Part shown: positions 1 through 11,900 of the stretch, one piece after another
Layout of the letters: every line of letters starts with the position of its first letter
How positions within the stretch are numbered: the stretch's first letter is position 1
The notes under the pieces: generated by a model
Databases searched by the model: none
What the model saw: only the letters and a program-made list of their open reading frames with translations
What the model was told of the DNA's origin: nothing
Assembly: GCF_001194135.2 (NCBI RefSeq)
Contig: NC_068986.1
Location: 22,267,120-22,331,119 of the forward strand
DNA: 64,000 nt
Source: Octopus bimaculoides
Lineage: Eukaryota
Reading direction: 5' to 3'
Translations under genes and position numbers: made by a program

Positions 1-242
1 GCGGGTGGCACATAAAAGACACCATTTCGAGCGTGGCCGTTTTCGTGCGGGTGACACGTAAAAGCACCCACTACACTCTCTGAGTGGTTGGCGTTAGGAA
101 GGGCATCCAGCTGTAGAAACTCTGCCAAATCAGACTGGAGCCTGGTGTTGCCATCCGGTTTCACCAGTCCTCAGTCAAATCGTCCAACCCATGCTAGCAT
201 GGAAAGCGGACGTTAAACGATGATGATGATGATGATGATGAT
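1..242 (+). mobile_element. Octopus SINE 3' part with (GAT)n tail
   Basis: Ends ...CATGCTAGCATGGAAAGCGGACGTTAAAC(GAT)n; a close relative lies at 63745-63907. Confidence 0.8.
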
Positions 243-1959
243 ATACATATGCTAGCATGGTACACAGACATTAAATGATGATGGTGATGATGATGATATA
301 TATCACCAGAGATTGTAGGGATTCTGACTTTGACTGCTAAATGTAGAGGGGCTGTGGGGGTGATGCTGCTATTTTTTTTTTTTTTGTTATATTTGTAGTG
401 AAAGGATCTTGGTGCAAAAGAGGACTATTTTGCATTATTTTTCAAAGTGATAAGGTCTTGGTGCAAGATAGAATGATTTAGTTTGATATGTATAGTAATA
501 GGGCCTCAGTGTTAGTCTATTTTACATGATGTGTACAGTGATAAGGTTTTGATGTAAGATTGTTGTGTTAAAGTCTTGGTACAAGACTGTTTAGTGATGG
601 TACCTTACCATAAGACTAGTTTGTGTGATATGTACGAAGAGTAGATCTTGGTGTAAGATTGTTTTTTGCGATGTGTACAATGAAAAGGCCTGTTTTGTGT
701 GATGTATGTACTGATAGGGACTTGGCAAAGTTGGTGGAAATCAAGTTGTCATATCCACATTGAAGGATGTTTGTCAGATTTCAATCTCTGGAAGTAGGGG
801 CATGTTTGGCAGGGGATATTTTGACAGTCTATGGATGAGAACCACATTTGTAAACTTGAAGGTGATATTTTCTATGTAGGAGTATACAGTCAGTAGTAAA
901 AACAAGTAGGTGTGTCTATATATATATATATATATATATGCATGTGTGAGTGTATTTGTGTATGTGCAAGCATATATGCAACATTTATAGATTACAATTA
1001 ACAAATGACATTTAAGAATCCTCATTCCTTTCAGTAATTGGTACTAAGCAAATTAGGTCCCCGCTCATAATTAGAATATGATATTGTCAAAATAGCTCTT
1101 GTTTATTCATTTATTTAATCTCATGGAATACTGAATTCATATCCAAACAATAAACTCATTTGTTATATTGGAAGTTAGATATACACACAAGATTACTACT
1201 ATTTGTTGGTTGGTTGTTATTTGTAATGTACTTCTAACTTTTTTTGTTTTCATCTGCTTTCTGTCTGTTCCATATTATTTAAGATTACACAAGTCATTTT
1301 GAGGAAATCTCTGATATCTAAATGAGTCATTAGTGTATCTAGTGTGAAGGCTCAGTAGTTCCCAATTAAGGATCTCTTAGCTATGGGTCTATGTGTGAAA
1401 AACAATGTGTGCATGCAAGATATTCAGGATGAAATCAAAATTTTTTAATTGGAGATACCTAGGTGTGGTTTGTTTAGTTATGTAGTTCACTTTACAACTA
1501 TATAGTTTTGGGGTTCAATCCCACTGCATAGTACCTTGGGCAAGTGTTTTCTATTATAACTCAAAGCCAACCAAAGACTTGTAAGTGAATTTGGTAGACA
1601 GAAAGTGTGGAATCCCATTGTATGTATCATCATTATCATTATTATTATCATTATGGTGAAGAGGTGATAGAAAGCAAGTAGGGGCCATACATCTAAGTTA
1701 AAGGGTGGTATATTTAGTGAAGTAAAGTGGGGATTGGAGAGGGTGGGTAGGTGGGGGACTTCACAAGATTTTGAAAGGAGAGTGGGAGCTAGAGGTGGGG
1801 GAATGGAAGGGGTTTGATAGGGGTATATTGTGTGCAGGTAGGTAGGTAGGTGAGCACATGAAGGAGAATGGAGGGGAGTAAGAGGAAACAGCAGTGGAGA
1901 GCACAGGTTGGTTGTGGGAGGAGGAAGGGATCATAGATATGGATTTTTCTTTGCTGGGC

Positions 1960-2210
1960 AGGTCGTCTCAAGCACAGCATATTGCCAGTTGTCTTGATCG
2001 TTTGTTATCTCCTCCCTGAGGCTCAACATCTGAACGTTGTTTCTGATCACTTCCTCCCAAATCATCCTGGGTCTTCCTCTTCCACAGTTTCCCTCTGCAA
2101 TTAGAGATCAACATTTCTTTATGCAACTGTTCTCATCCATACACATCACATGACTATACAAGCACAGTCTTCTCTCTTACACATTACAACTAATGCCTCT
2201 TATACTCAAT
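1960..2210 (-). mobile_element. RTE-clade LINE 3' fragment
   Basis: Minus strand reads ...AEGNCGRGRPRMIWEEVIRNNVQMLSL...DQDNWQYAV, the typical RTE C-terminal GRPR..W motif, with stops. Confidence 0.7.
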
Positions 2211-2364
2211 TTCTCTGTCAATGCATTTACACATTATTGTACATGCACATACAGTGGAGCATGCTGGCTTCATTTCTTTCAAGCCTTTGCATGTCACAGC
2301 TTATGTTTTGCTGACATGTTTCTGTCCATACACAGGTATCATACAGTGTACAATACAAATAAGT

Positions 2365-2738
2365 TGTTGGCACTCCATCGCTTACGACGTCGAGGGTTCC
2401 AGTTGATCTGATCAACGGAACAGCCTGCTCGTGAAATTAATGTGCAAGTGGCTGAGTACTCCACAGACACGTGTACCCTTAACGTAATTCTCGGGGATAT
2501 TCAGCGTGACACAGTGTGACAAGGCTGTCCCTTTGAATTACAGGCACAACAGAAACAGGAAGTAAGAGAAAGTTGTGGTGAAAGAGTACAGCAGGGTTCG
2601 CCACCATCCCCTGCCGGAGTCTCGTGGAGCTTTAGGTGTTTTTGCTCAATAAACACCCTCAACGCCCGGTCTGGGAAATGAAACCGCGATCCTAAGACCG
2701 CGAGTCTGCTGCCCTAACCACTGGGCCATTGCGCCTCC
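2365..2738 (-). mobile_element. Full-length tRNA-derived SINE (OK-like) with 15-bp TSD
   Basis: tRNA-like head GGAGGCGCAATGGCCCAGTGGTTAGGGCAGC on the minus strand; identical flanks ACAATACAAATAAGT at 2350-2364 and 2739-2753. Confidence 0.9.
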
Positions 2739-3099
2739 ACAATACAAATAAGTAACCTGCTGGATTTAGTAAATGTGAATATTATAGTATCTATAATACA
2801 CACACAGTTTATTCACACCATGGTCTTCACACAGAAAGAAGTTTATCACCCAAATTCATGAATGGATGTACCTTCATTTAAAATACTATTGGTATATAAG
2901 TGTTGGACTGTGAATAGTTTGCTTGCACCATTTAAAGAACAATGTCTTGAAACACAGGTTTAGAAATTGTGGTAAGAATATATTATCCAAAAGACCCTCA
3001 CCATTCGTCCTCTGCATGTTATCATCTGATATAATGTAGTTGCCTGTGATATGGAGTCAGATGATTAACCATCTGATACAAGGATGCGGTGTCTGTATC

Positions 3100-3400
3100 T
3101 TGTTGCCTATAGCCATTCATTCATTTTAAACCTACATTGGAATACCCCTTACATATATGAACTGGTTTGTCTGCTACACTACATAAAAAGAAATGTTAAA
3201 AGCAGTACTTTTATGACCAGTGCACAACAACTATTTCACAGAGGTGCAGTTTCCTCTCTGTGTTTCTTCTATCATTACTACAATGGCTTCTATCTATTTG
3301 AACTAGTTGTTTGATTCCTCCTTTATCTATTTCTCCTTCTTGAGTCACTATTTCTTTGTTTCACCTCCTAGGGAACACACAAAATATTCACTATTATTTT
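3100..3400 (+). mobile_element. Degraded CR1/L2-group LINE 3' fragment
   Basis: Translates LFHRGAVSSLCFFYHYYNG, matching the LSHRRAVSSLCLFYRYYNG-type C-terminal motif. Confidence 0.6.
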
Positions 3401-5475
3401 ATCTTACCTCAAAGGCAGCACTCAAAATGTGTTTTCACAATCCTTCTCCCCACAATTGTAACTCTCAAAAATTCCTGATTTTCCTGCAATCATCAATCTA
3501 TAATTTAAATTGAACATCAACTTCATCAGTCTTCTCAGTCTAGGACAGCCTGTTATGATCATAGGTGTTGCCCCTTCAGTCTTAAATTTAAAATCAAAAT
3601 TGATGTGACAAAACACTTGCATCGTCAGGTTGTCAATAGGGACCATAAACAAGCTCACAGCTTTATGTACTGTATCATATTCTTAATTGTTTCTATAGAG
3701 TTAGCGACAAAAAAAAAAAAACCCTCTCCTTAAGATATCTTTTAAATAGCTGTATGATTGATTGAAGTTCCCGGTTACCCCTTTTAATGACTGGGGTTGC
3801 TGAGAAGAAAATAGCTATTTTACAGTTACATTTTAAAGTTTTCTTTTACAGTAACAGAGTGGAAAACATTAATTTGTTGTAACATTTTGGTCAGAATTTA
3901 CATGGTGCTAATTGAAAACTAATCCTTAATTATTTGTGCGGGAAAATAAATAATATTATTTAAAGGAAACACCAAATTTCCTGACACCATGGAAATATTT
4001 TCAGATGTTTTTGGAGGTGAGGGTAAGAATATGTTGCACTTGTGTGTTTACAGTTTGCACTTGTGTAAGGGAAGTGAAGAGAAATAATATACTAAACCAA
4101 GATTTTTTCTCGAAATATTACCAACTTCAAGTTATTTATTGAGTAAAAAGATGTAAAAGGAAATATTACGTTCTCTATTATGTCTATGAACTCGACAAAC
4201 ATTTTCACTTTTAATTTAATCTTCGAGACTTATCGATTTAGTGTTTCATTCTAGATTTTTAAAAATAGATTATCAACATTATTTTCTGGTTAAGGATTTT
4301 TCGAGTACAAATCTTACTGATAAATAACTATTTTGGTATTATAAGGCGCTATTTAAAGTTTCATGGTATTTGTTGATACAGAATTGATATTGTCATTCGC
4401 ACATTGGGTATTACACTGACCCAAAGAATCAAGAACTATTTTCTGCCAGGTGACAGATGCTGCGACTTGCTTTTGCATAGTTTCGATGACGATGCCATCC
4501 ATATTCGTTAGAAAGTTGCTCACTGACGCCTTGTCCCAATAACCCCATACAAGTGGCAACAACAATAAACATTATATACATCCCATGTGATTGATAACTC
4601 TGGAATGCGTTGCAATCCTAAAATGGTTCCATCGTAGGGCGGTTATACAAAAATATAATGAAAGTATATGTTGTGTTCTCATTAGCACGCCGGTTTTTAG
4701 CTTCATACCCCTATTTTTTCTTTATATTTCTCTGAACGGAATTTAGTTGACCGTTAGTTTATGTTTATCCTCTCTATTCCAAATGTGACCGCTTCTCAGT
4801 AGACAATGGCGACTTATATTGCAAAGCAACATGTGTTGTTTGTCTAAACATGCAAACTACTGCAAAGTACAATGAATACAATTAACAATACAAGCAACTT
4901 CCATCAAGAAACTACTTATATAATTATGAAAGTTTTCGTTAATTAGTTTTGTTTATTATTAACATCACCAAGAGCATTAAGAAGTCTCACTCGAGATGGA
5001 ACCGGCATAATATATATAAACATAAACAGCTGCCACCGGTATACATTATTACAGATTATTAAACCGATTGTTTTGAAACTGCAATAAATCACTATATGAG
5101 TACAAAAATGTTTATTTGTTTGCAAAACAACAATAAAACACTATCGAAATATAATAACCCGCTTTAGGGAAGGGGGTTATTAAATATGATATTACTGTTT
5201 ACTGAATAAACTAGCTAATATATTACGCCATTGCTGAGGCTTTGTTTACAAAATAAAAATTATTTATTACAAAATGAATATTAATAAAGTGTGAAGATAA
5301 TGTTTACTAAGAATGTTTCAGTTAATATTAATATGAAAGTAAAACGAAAAATTTCGAATAACATGAAAGTTATTTGAAAAAAACATTGGCTTTATTTCCT
5401 GACGCGTAGTAACATGTCTATGTCAACAGACAAACTACAATGCCATTCAAAAGTGAAGCGTTCAAATTTTTAGCC

Positions 5476-5640
5476 AGTTCAAAGGGAAGTAAGTAACGAG
5501 GATTTTTAATTGGCCTATACGTGACGTTATTGGTCGTGGTTAATTGTAGCTGGTCGTGTATTGGCTGTTCGCTTGAACAAGAACTTTTATCAATGTGAAA
5601 TATAAATATACACAGAAATAGGCCACTACTCCTTAGTTAC
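5476..5640 (+). promoter_or_regulatory. Core promoter of the FRAT-like gene
   Basis: AGTTCAAAGGG (5476-5486, TCF/LEF consensus); ATTGG at 5509, 5529 and 5560; TGACGT at 5522; TATAAATA at 5601; Inr-like TTAGTT at 5633-5638; ATG at 5668. Locally CpG-rich, non-repetitive. Confidence 0.6.
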
Positions 5641-5667
5641 GCTGTCGGAGACTACATCGTAGCAAAT

Positions 5668-6510
5668 ATGCCGATCAGGTTAGAAAGCATGGGAGCTGTT
5701 AATGTAAGCCCTTCGAATCAAACGGATTTAAAAGATATCGAATGGTTAACTCGTGGCATCGAGGAAACATTACAGTTACAACAACATCAACATAACCATT
5801 GCGAAACCGGTCACCATTTGAAGTCGGTTTCTCCTTCAGCAAGCAGCATGCCGAGTCGCCATCCTACTTTTAGTGGCGGTAATCAGGCACATGTGCCCAT
5901 CGACCACGACAACATGGTAATACCAACTAAACCTTGCAAAGCTGCCACAGCCGGCACCTGGTTGCCTTACGTTTTACCGTCCGTTCGAGACAGACATCTA
6001 AACCGAGTGAAAAGTAATTGGCGGCACGGCAACTTCAATAATAATGACAACAATAACAAATGGGTTGTGAAGCGGCTGAACCACAGGAACGTGGTCAGCA
6101 AGAGGAGGAAAAATTATGTGTATATCGAAGATGTCCGGACTAGAAACGGTTGTAATACAGACTACAGGCATCACCAAAAATTGCTTTCTACACAGACTTT
6201 AATTCAGGAAGCTGTGCGTCGACTGTATGGATTACATAGAAGCACTGGTTCTACAACCATTAATAATGATACAAACAATAACAACAATCCTAACAGTAGC
6301 ACCATAATGACTACTACTACTAATAGTAGTAACAACAACAATAATAATAATAATAATGGTACTACTGTAGGACACAATGGCATGGTCTCTGTCGGGACCG
6401 GCAGCTGCTGTACATTTCAGCAAGAACGTCAACAACAACAACAACTATTACTATTTCAGCAAAACAGTTTTAGGGACAAATGTGAATTATTTTGTGATGT
6501 AACTGTATGA
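5668..6510 (+). CDS. FRAT: Intronless FRAT/GBP-like GSK3-binding protein, 280 aa
   Basis: aa169-186 HQKLLSTQTLIQEAVRRL aligns with the vertebrate FRAT GSK3-binding helix LQQLVLSGNLIKEAVRRL. aa23-37 DIEWLTRGIEETLQL aligns with FRAT N-terminal EVDRLVAQIGETLQL. The start MPIRLE resembles MPCRRE. Single exon, as in vertebrate FRAT1/2. Alignments are from memory, not a database search. Confidence 0.85.
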   Translation: MPIRLESMGAVNVSPSNQTDLKDIEWLTRGIEETLQLQQHQHNHCETGHHLKSVSPSASSMPSRHPTFSGGNQAHVPIDHDNMVIPTKPCKAATAGTWLPYVLPSVRDRHLNRVKSNWRHGNFNNNDNNNKWVVKRLNHRNVVSKRRKNYVYIEDVRTRNGCNTDYRHHQKLLSTQTLIQEAVRRLYGLHRSTGSTTINNDTNNNNNPNSSTIMTTTTNSSNNNNNNNNNGTTVGHNGMVSVGTGSCCTFQQERQQQQQLLLFQQNSFRDKCELFCDVTV

Positions 6511-6568
6511 TTTATTTTTGACTTAACATTTTATGTACATTATTTCAAATGTGTGGATTTTAACTCAC

Positions 6569-6603
<35 letters not shown>

Positions 6604-7056
6604 AACATACACACAAACATCACTCATGCACTCACTTTCATACATATGTACATGCATTTTTCACACATCACACACACACACACATATATATATGTGTGTA
6701 TATATATATTTCTTTTATGCAAGGAGATAATTTATCTGTGAACCTAAATTACGGTGAGGGTAAACTAGCGTACATGTGAGTCTGTGTGTGTGTGTATCTA
6801 TATATATAGGCATTCCTTTATATATATACACACGCATACACTCCATGCGCATCTATATGGTTAGTTTGTGTGTGTATATATTTTAACTATTGAAAGAGGA
6901 AGCCAAATGGCTAGTTTCAGTAGCTATGGTAAATATCAGTGTGAACAACAAACCGCACAACCCGGCAAGACAACACTAGTGGCTACGGAATATGTGTGTG
7001 TGTATAATATATATAATTTCGGTGGTGAGATAATAGCGATCTCTCTATAACCAGTA

Positions 7057-7062
7057 AATAAA
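7057..7062 (+). terminator. Possible polyadenylation signal of the FRAT-like gene
   Basis: AATAAA about 550 nt after the stop codon; position is plausible but the motif is common in AT-rich DNA. Confidence 0.25.
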
Positions 7063-8124
7063 CCATAAGTTTAATTTACCCATGGTTTCATGGCTGGAGG
7101 TCGATTAATATTTTTCCAAATAGTATCTGTGATTTCCAACAACAATTTCGTTTGCTATATTTCTATTCTAATAATAATAATAATACTGATGATAATAATA
7201 ATAATAATAATGCATGGAAAAATATACTAATCCCCGAGACGGAGTGATAATGTAAAGTTTTTGGTAATATTTAATGTGTAAATTATAGCTGCGTTCTCGG
7301 ATCGAACGTGTACACGTCAGATATCCAGTACTTGTTACTATTGTTAACTAATTCTATTCAGATATTATTATTATTATTAGTATTATCATTATTACCATGA
7401 TCGTTCATTATTTTTGTCCTTTAAAAATGCAGATGTTTTCTTTGTCTATGACACTGTTTTTTTAAAAATATATGTGTGTGTATAATCATGCATATATATA
7501 TGTATATATACACATATTGTGTTACATCTATATGGTTATATTTGTGTGTATAGAAATATGTGCAAGGTCGTAAATATATGCATATAGATGTATGATTCAC
7601 GTATATGTATATACATATGTGCACACAGATGCATGCAAATATATGCATATAGATATAGATGCACATAGGTGTATAGATATGTACTTCATATATACGCACA
7701 CATGCATGTATGATGCACATATATATATATATGACATAAATACATTTGGTGTTCCCCTTCCCGACCATATAATTATTTGAAAAATGCATATTTTAAATGA
7801 AATTTTATATACACTCATACACACACACAAATGTAATTATTGATGCTGAAAGTTTAAAGAAATACCGTAATTTAATTCTTTAAAGGAAAAAAAAACAAGT
7901 TATCAGATCATTTGAATTTTGTTTTGTGTTTTTTTTTTTGTCTGTATATATTACATACAAATATAAATATATATTTTTAATTTTGCCCGCAGTTCTGTGG
8001 TTGCTCTTTGTCTGGTTTTGATTTGTGTGGGTGGCACTGTCTTTAGTGTATGCTGCTTCTTCGGTCACGCTAGTCTCTTGTATCAACAACACTTCATCTT
8101 CCACCACCACAACTGTGTTGTGTG

Positions 8125-8160
<36 letters not shown>

Positions 8161-9169
8161 TGGTGTGTGTTTAATTTCTCTACCTTCCCACTCCACTCAG
8201 TTTTATCATCAGCCCAAACAAATCGACATCCCTCGTGGTTTATTATTTTTTTATAGAGTGGTAAAGAATATAAATTTATCACATACGCATGCATATATAT
8301 ATGTATAATGTATGTGTATAAATAATGTACATCTATATATATATATATATATTCTCTATACATACTGTTCTGCTTTATCAATTTTTATTTTGGTCATTTC
8401 CACAATTAAAAAAAAATCATCATTTATATTTACAATTCCCTCTGTCCACCAAGGTGGATATTAAAGTGACCGTTGGTAATTTAATATATATAAAAATATT
8501 TACAGTGCAACTGAATAATGCGGAAGACTGTTTTTATTGATATGTATATTAGGCAACCCTCTTACATACACAACTGTACTATATAGGTTTTTTTTTTAAA
8601 AATTAGCGATGGGTCCTCCTTGGTAAAATATAGCATGGCTGACACCGACGCAGCCTCTACCCCGGTGCCATAAATTCGGACACACGAGCCTAAATCTCGC
8701 CTTACTGTCTGTCAGTGGAAAGACAGATTGGATAGCCTAGAAGAGTGAAAAAATATATATATACTGGATGGTCACGGTTGGAAAGACTGATTAAATGTCT
8801 CCTCCCTCGTTCTGGGGCGGTGTGGAATAAACAACTCTCAGATACACAGTTGAAATTTACTTGGGTATTAAAAGACAAAAAAAAAAAAAAAGATGCAATC
8901 TGGGCCTATCTTTTTCTCTCCCTTACACTCTACGTTAAGGTTATTTAAATTACGATGGTCTTTAAATTGTTGCTAATTAATGTTGATAATCTATGCAATT
9001 ATCAGCGTTTCTCTCTTTAATACTTTTCTAGGAAGTCTTAATGTTTTTTCATATGAATTTAAAACAAATTATCAGTTTCATTTTACCCCTGGCAGACTGC
9101 TATCTAACTGCGAATTACAATTATAACACGCAGCTATCTTAGCATAATATAATATACTTATATAATTTA

Positions 9170-9175
9170 TGCTCT

Positions 9176-9252
<77 letters not shown>

Positions 9253-9620
9253 ATATGAGTATATATATATGTGTGTGTGTATATATGAGTATATATATGC
9301 GTGTGTATATGTATATATGAGTATATATATGCGTGTGTATATGTATATATCTGTATATATATATAGGTATGTGTGTATATATATATGTATACATATGGAT
9401 ATATGTGTGTGTGTATGTATATATATATATATATATATATACGCACACACGTATAGTTTATATTTAAATATCTACCTAACTGTATCTATCTATCTACCTA
9501 TATCTACGCACACACATGAGTGTGAATATATATGTATATTGTATATATATCTATAAGTATATAACTGTATATACATATATATATGTGTGTGTATGTACAT
9601 ATATCTATAGGTGTGTGTGC
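9170..9620. repeat. (TG)n/(TA)n compound microsatellite
   Basis: Direct inspection. Confidence 0.95.
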
Positions 9621-9917
9621 ATGTCCTGCGGAGTTACCTGAACATTTGTGTCTATGTGTTTCATGCTTACACGTGTAGAGATGTGTTATTTACAATGCTT
9701 GTCTCAAGATAGTTCATGTCTAAGATTTATGATCTTGTTATTGTTTACTGGTATTGACCAGTCTTTTTTTTACACAATCTTCGCAGCAGGCTGTTTATCA
9801 ACAAGTCCAGGATGTTGTTGACCTCTCGTCTTGCTATTTATGACACATCGCTCTTTTCTGGCGGTCACCTTATCTTTACCCTCTACCTCTCTCTTTCTCG
9901 TGTATGTATGTGTGTGT

Positions 9918-9971
<54 letters not shown>

Positions 9972-11689
9972 TTGTCATTACCTTCGCCAGCATTTTTGTG
10001 CAATTATATAGTTAATATGCATTTATTAATAATTTTATCACAGATGTATTTTAAGACATCCCTTACACCTCATAGTGTATACCTCCTGTCTCTGTTTTTT
10101 TTTATTATTATTGTTGCTTAGAATGTGTACATGTGAGGTGTGTGTGAAGGAATATCAACTAAAACTAAAATAATCGTTAGTTTGTTTACTGAGCGAATAG
10201 TAACTGTTGCAAACGACAATAATAAAGGATCTAGGTATTCTTTAAAAATGATTATTTCAGAAAAAAAAAAAACCCAAAACACACATCAATATTAAGATGC
10301 AGTAGCCTTTTTTTTTTTTTTTTTTTCTTTCGGAGTCAATTCTAAAATTTGCTCTTTCGTTTTGTGGTTTTCACCATGTTTCTTAAACGCCTTTGAGAGA
10401 TGCATGAATGTATCAACTTCTCATTTCCCGCTTTCTCAGTACATTTTTAGGTGTTCCCTATGTTTAGCAAACAATTTCAAACTAAGTACATAATAAACAC
10501 ACTCAGTTACATAATAAATTTCAAAATAGTGTCTAGTGTACTTTTAGTTGATGCTTTATTTCATTGAAGGTGATGGTGGTGGTGATAGTTGTTTTCACTA
10601 ATTTGTTTTGTGACTTTCTCTGCTGCCGTCCAACGAGGCTCAAAACGTGACTTTTATCGTGACTTTTATCAGGGTGCTGTCGATAAGCATGTGCTTGCGT
10701 CGTTATTCAATGCTTGCTACAGAGATCCGCCGACCACCCACTCCCTAACTGAAGCATTTCACCGCCCCCTCCGTCTCTCTCTCTCTCTCTCTCTCATCTT
10801 CCTCTTTTTTTCTTCTCTGTCGTTCTTTGTTTATTCTATCGATTTTGTCAATACGTTTTTTTTTTCTCTATAGATACTCAATATTTGCTGGATTCTACTA
10901 CCATTTCTACGTTCACTTTATTTTTGGCACAAAGAAATACTTCTCTGCTTCGACCTCTGGCCTAAACCAGACACACACACAAATATAAACAAGCATTACC
11001 TCCTCCTCCTCCACCTCCTCCCTACATATTTGTTGTTTTATTTACCTTAGCTGACTGGCTGCGTTCTTCTCAATAGTCTGTTTCTTGCTGGGGAATTCAG
11101 ATTATTTACCAAAGTCTCTTCCACTATGCGAGAGGCAGCTCAGTTAGAGTTACAGGGCGGCGACGGGAGGACAGTATTGAGCTCAAACCTGCTTATATTG
11201 TTTACTGGGAAATATGTCATATGAAGTATAATAATAATCTGTTACATAAATGTTTATTTGACATAGATTTCACTGTTCAGGTGATAATAATGGAACACTA
11301 GAATAAGGTTACTAACACATTCTTTTCACTTCTACATTTTCGAAATCTGTCTCGTAATTGACCTTATTAATTTTGTCTTTCGCAGGTAGCTTACTTTGAA
11401 TATTAATAGTAAAAAGATGTATTATCATTATAACAGTGGAAATGACCTGGACTGCTCCAGACGAAATGCAGTAGAGAATGAGTAATTACGTTGAGTTGTA
11501 TTCCTGTGAGGATCAACTTTGGATTTCTCGACAGTTAAAGAGTAGCAATAACTTATTCTGTAAAAGACGGCCATGTATTTTAATAAGAAACTATTATTAT
11601 TGACAGTAATTTATTCCACCAAGTTTACACCTCCACAATAAATGTTAAATTAATGATAAAAATATAGTGTAAGCATTAATTATTAGGTT

Positions 11690-11900
11690 ACTGGATTGGC
11701 AGGATAGTTAGAGCGTCGAACAAATTGCATTTGTGTTGTTTAGTTTCGGTTCTTCACGTTCTGAGTTCAAATACTGCCGAAGTCAACTTTACCTTTCACG
11801 AGAAAAAAAGAAAAAGTACCAGTCACGCACTGGGGTCGATTAAATCGACCTATATCGTTTACTCAAAATTTCTGGTCTTGTGCCCAAAATGTTATTGTTG
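11690..11900 (+). mobile_element. Degraded SINE, (ATT)n-tail family
   Basis: GTTCTGAGTTCAAATACTGCCGAAGTCAACTTTACCTTTCA...AAGTACCAGTC, the same family as 46690-47470. Confidence 0.65.

Noticed and set aside
760-900. Minus-strand CQNIPCQTCPYF, reminiscent of a Neptune-type PLE zinc knuckle
   Set aside because: Too short and degraded to support a call; the flanking 400-760 is a degenerate minisatellite.
2660-2738. tRNA gene
   Set aside because: tRNA-like sequence is the head of a SINE, contiguous with the SINE body and TSDs; the same applies to other SINE heads.
4353-4565. 70-aa minus-strand ORF upstream of FRAT
   Set aside because: No recognisable motif or splice context; this length is expected by chance.
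4266-8995. 17-bp inverted match ATAGATTATCAACATTA bracketing the FRAT locus
   Set aside because: Similarity does not extend, no TSD, AT-rich; likely chance or a small repeat.
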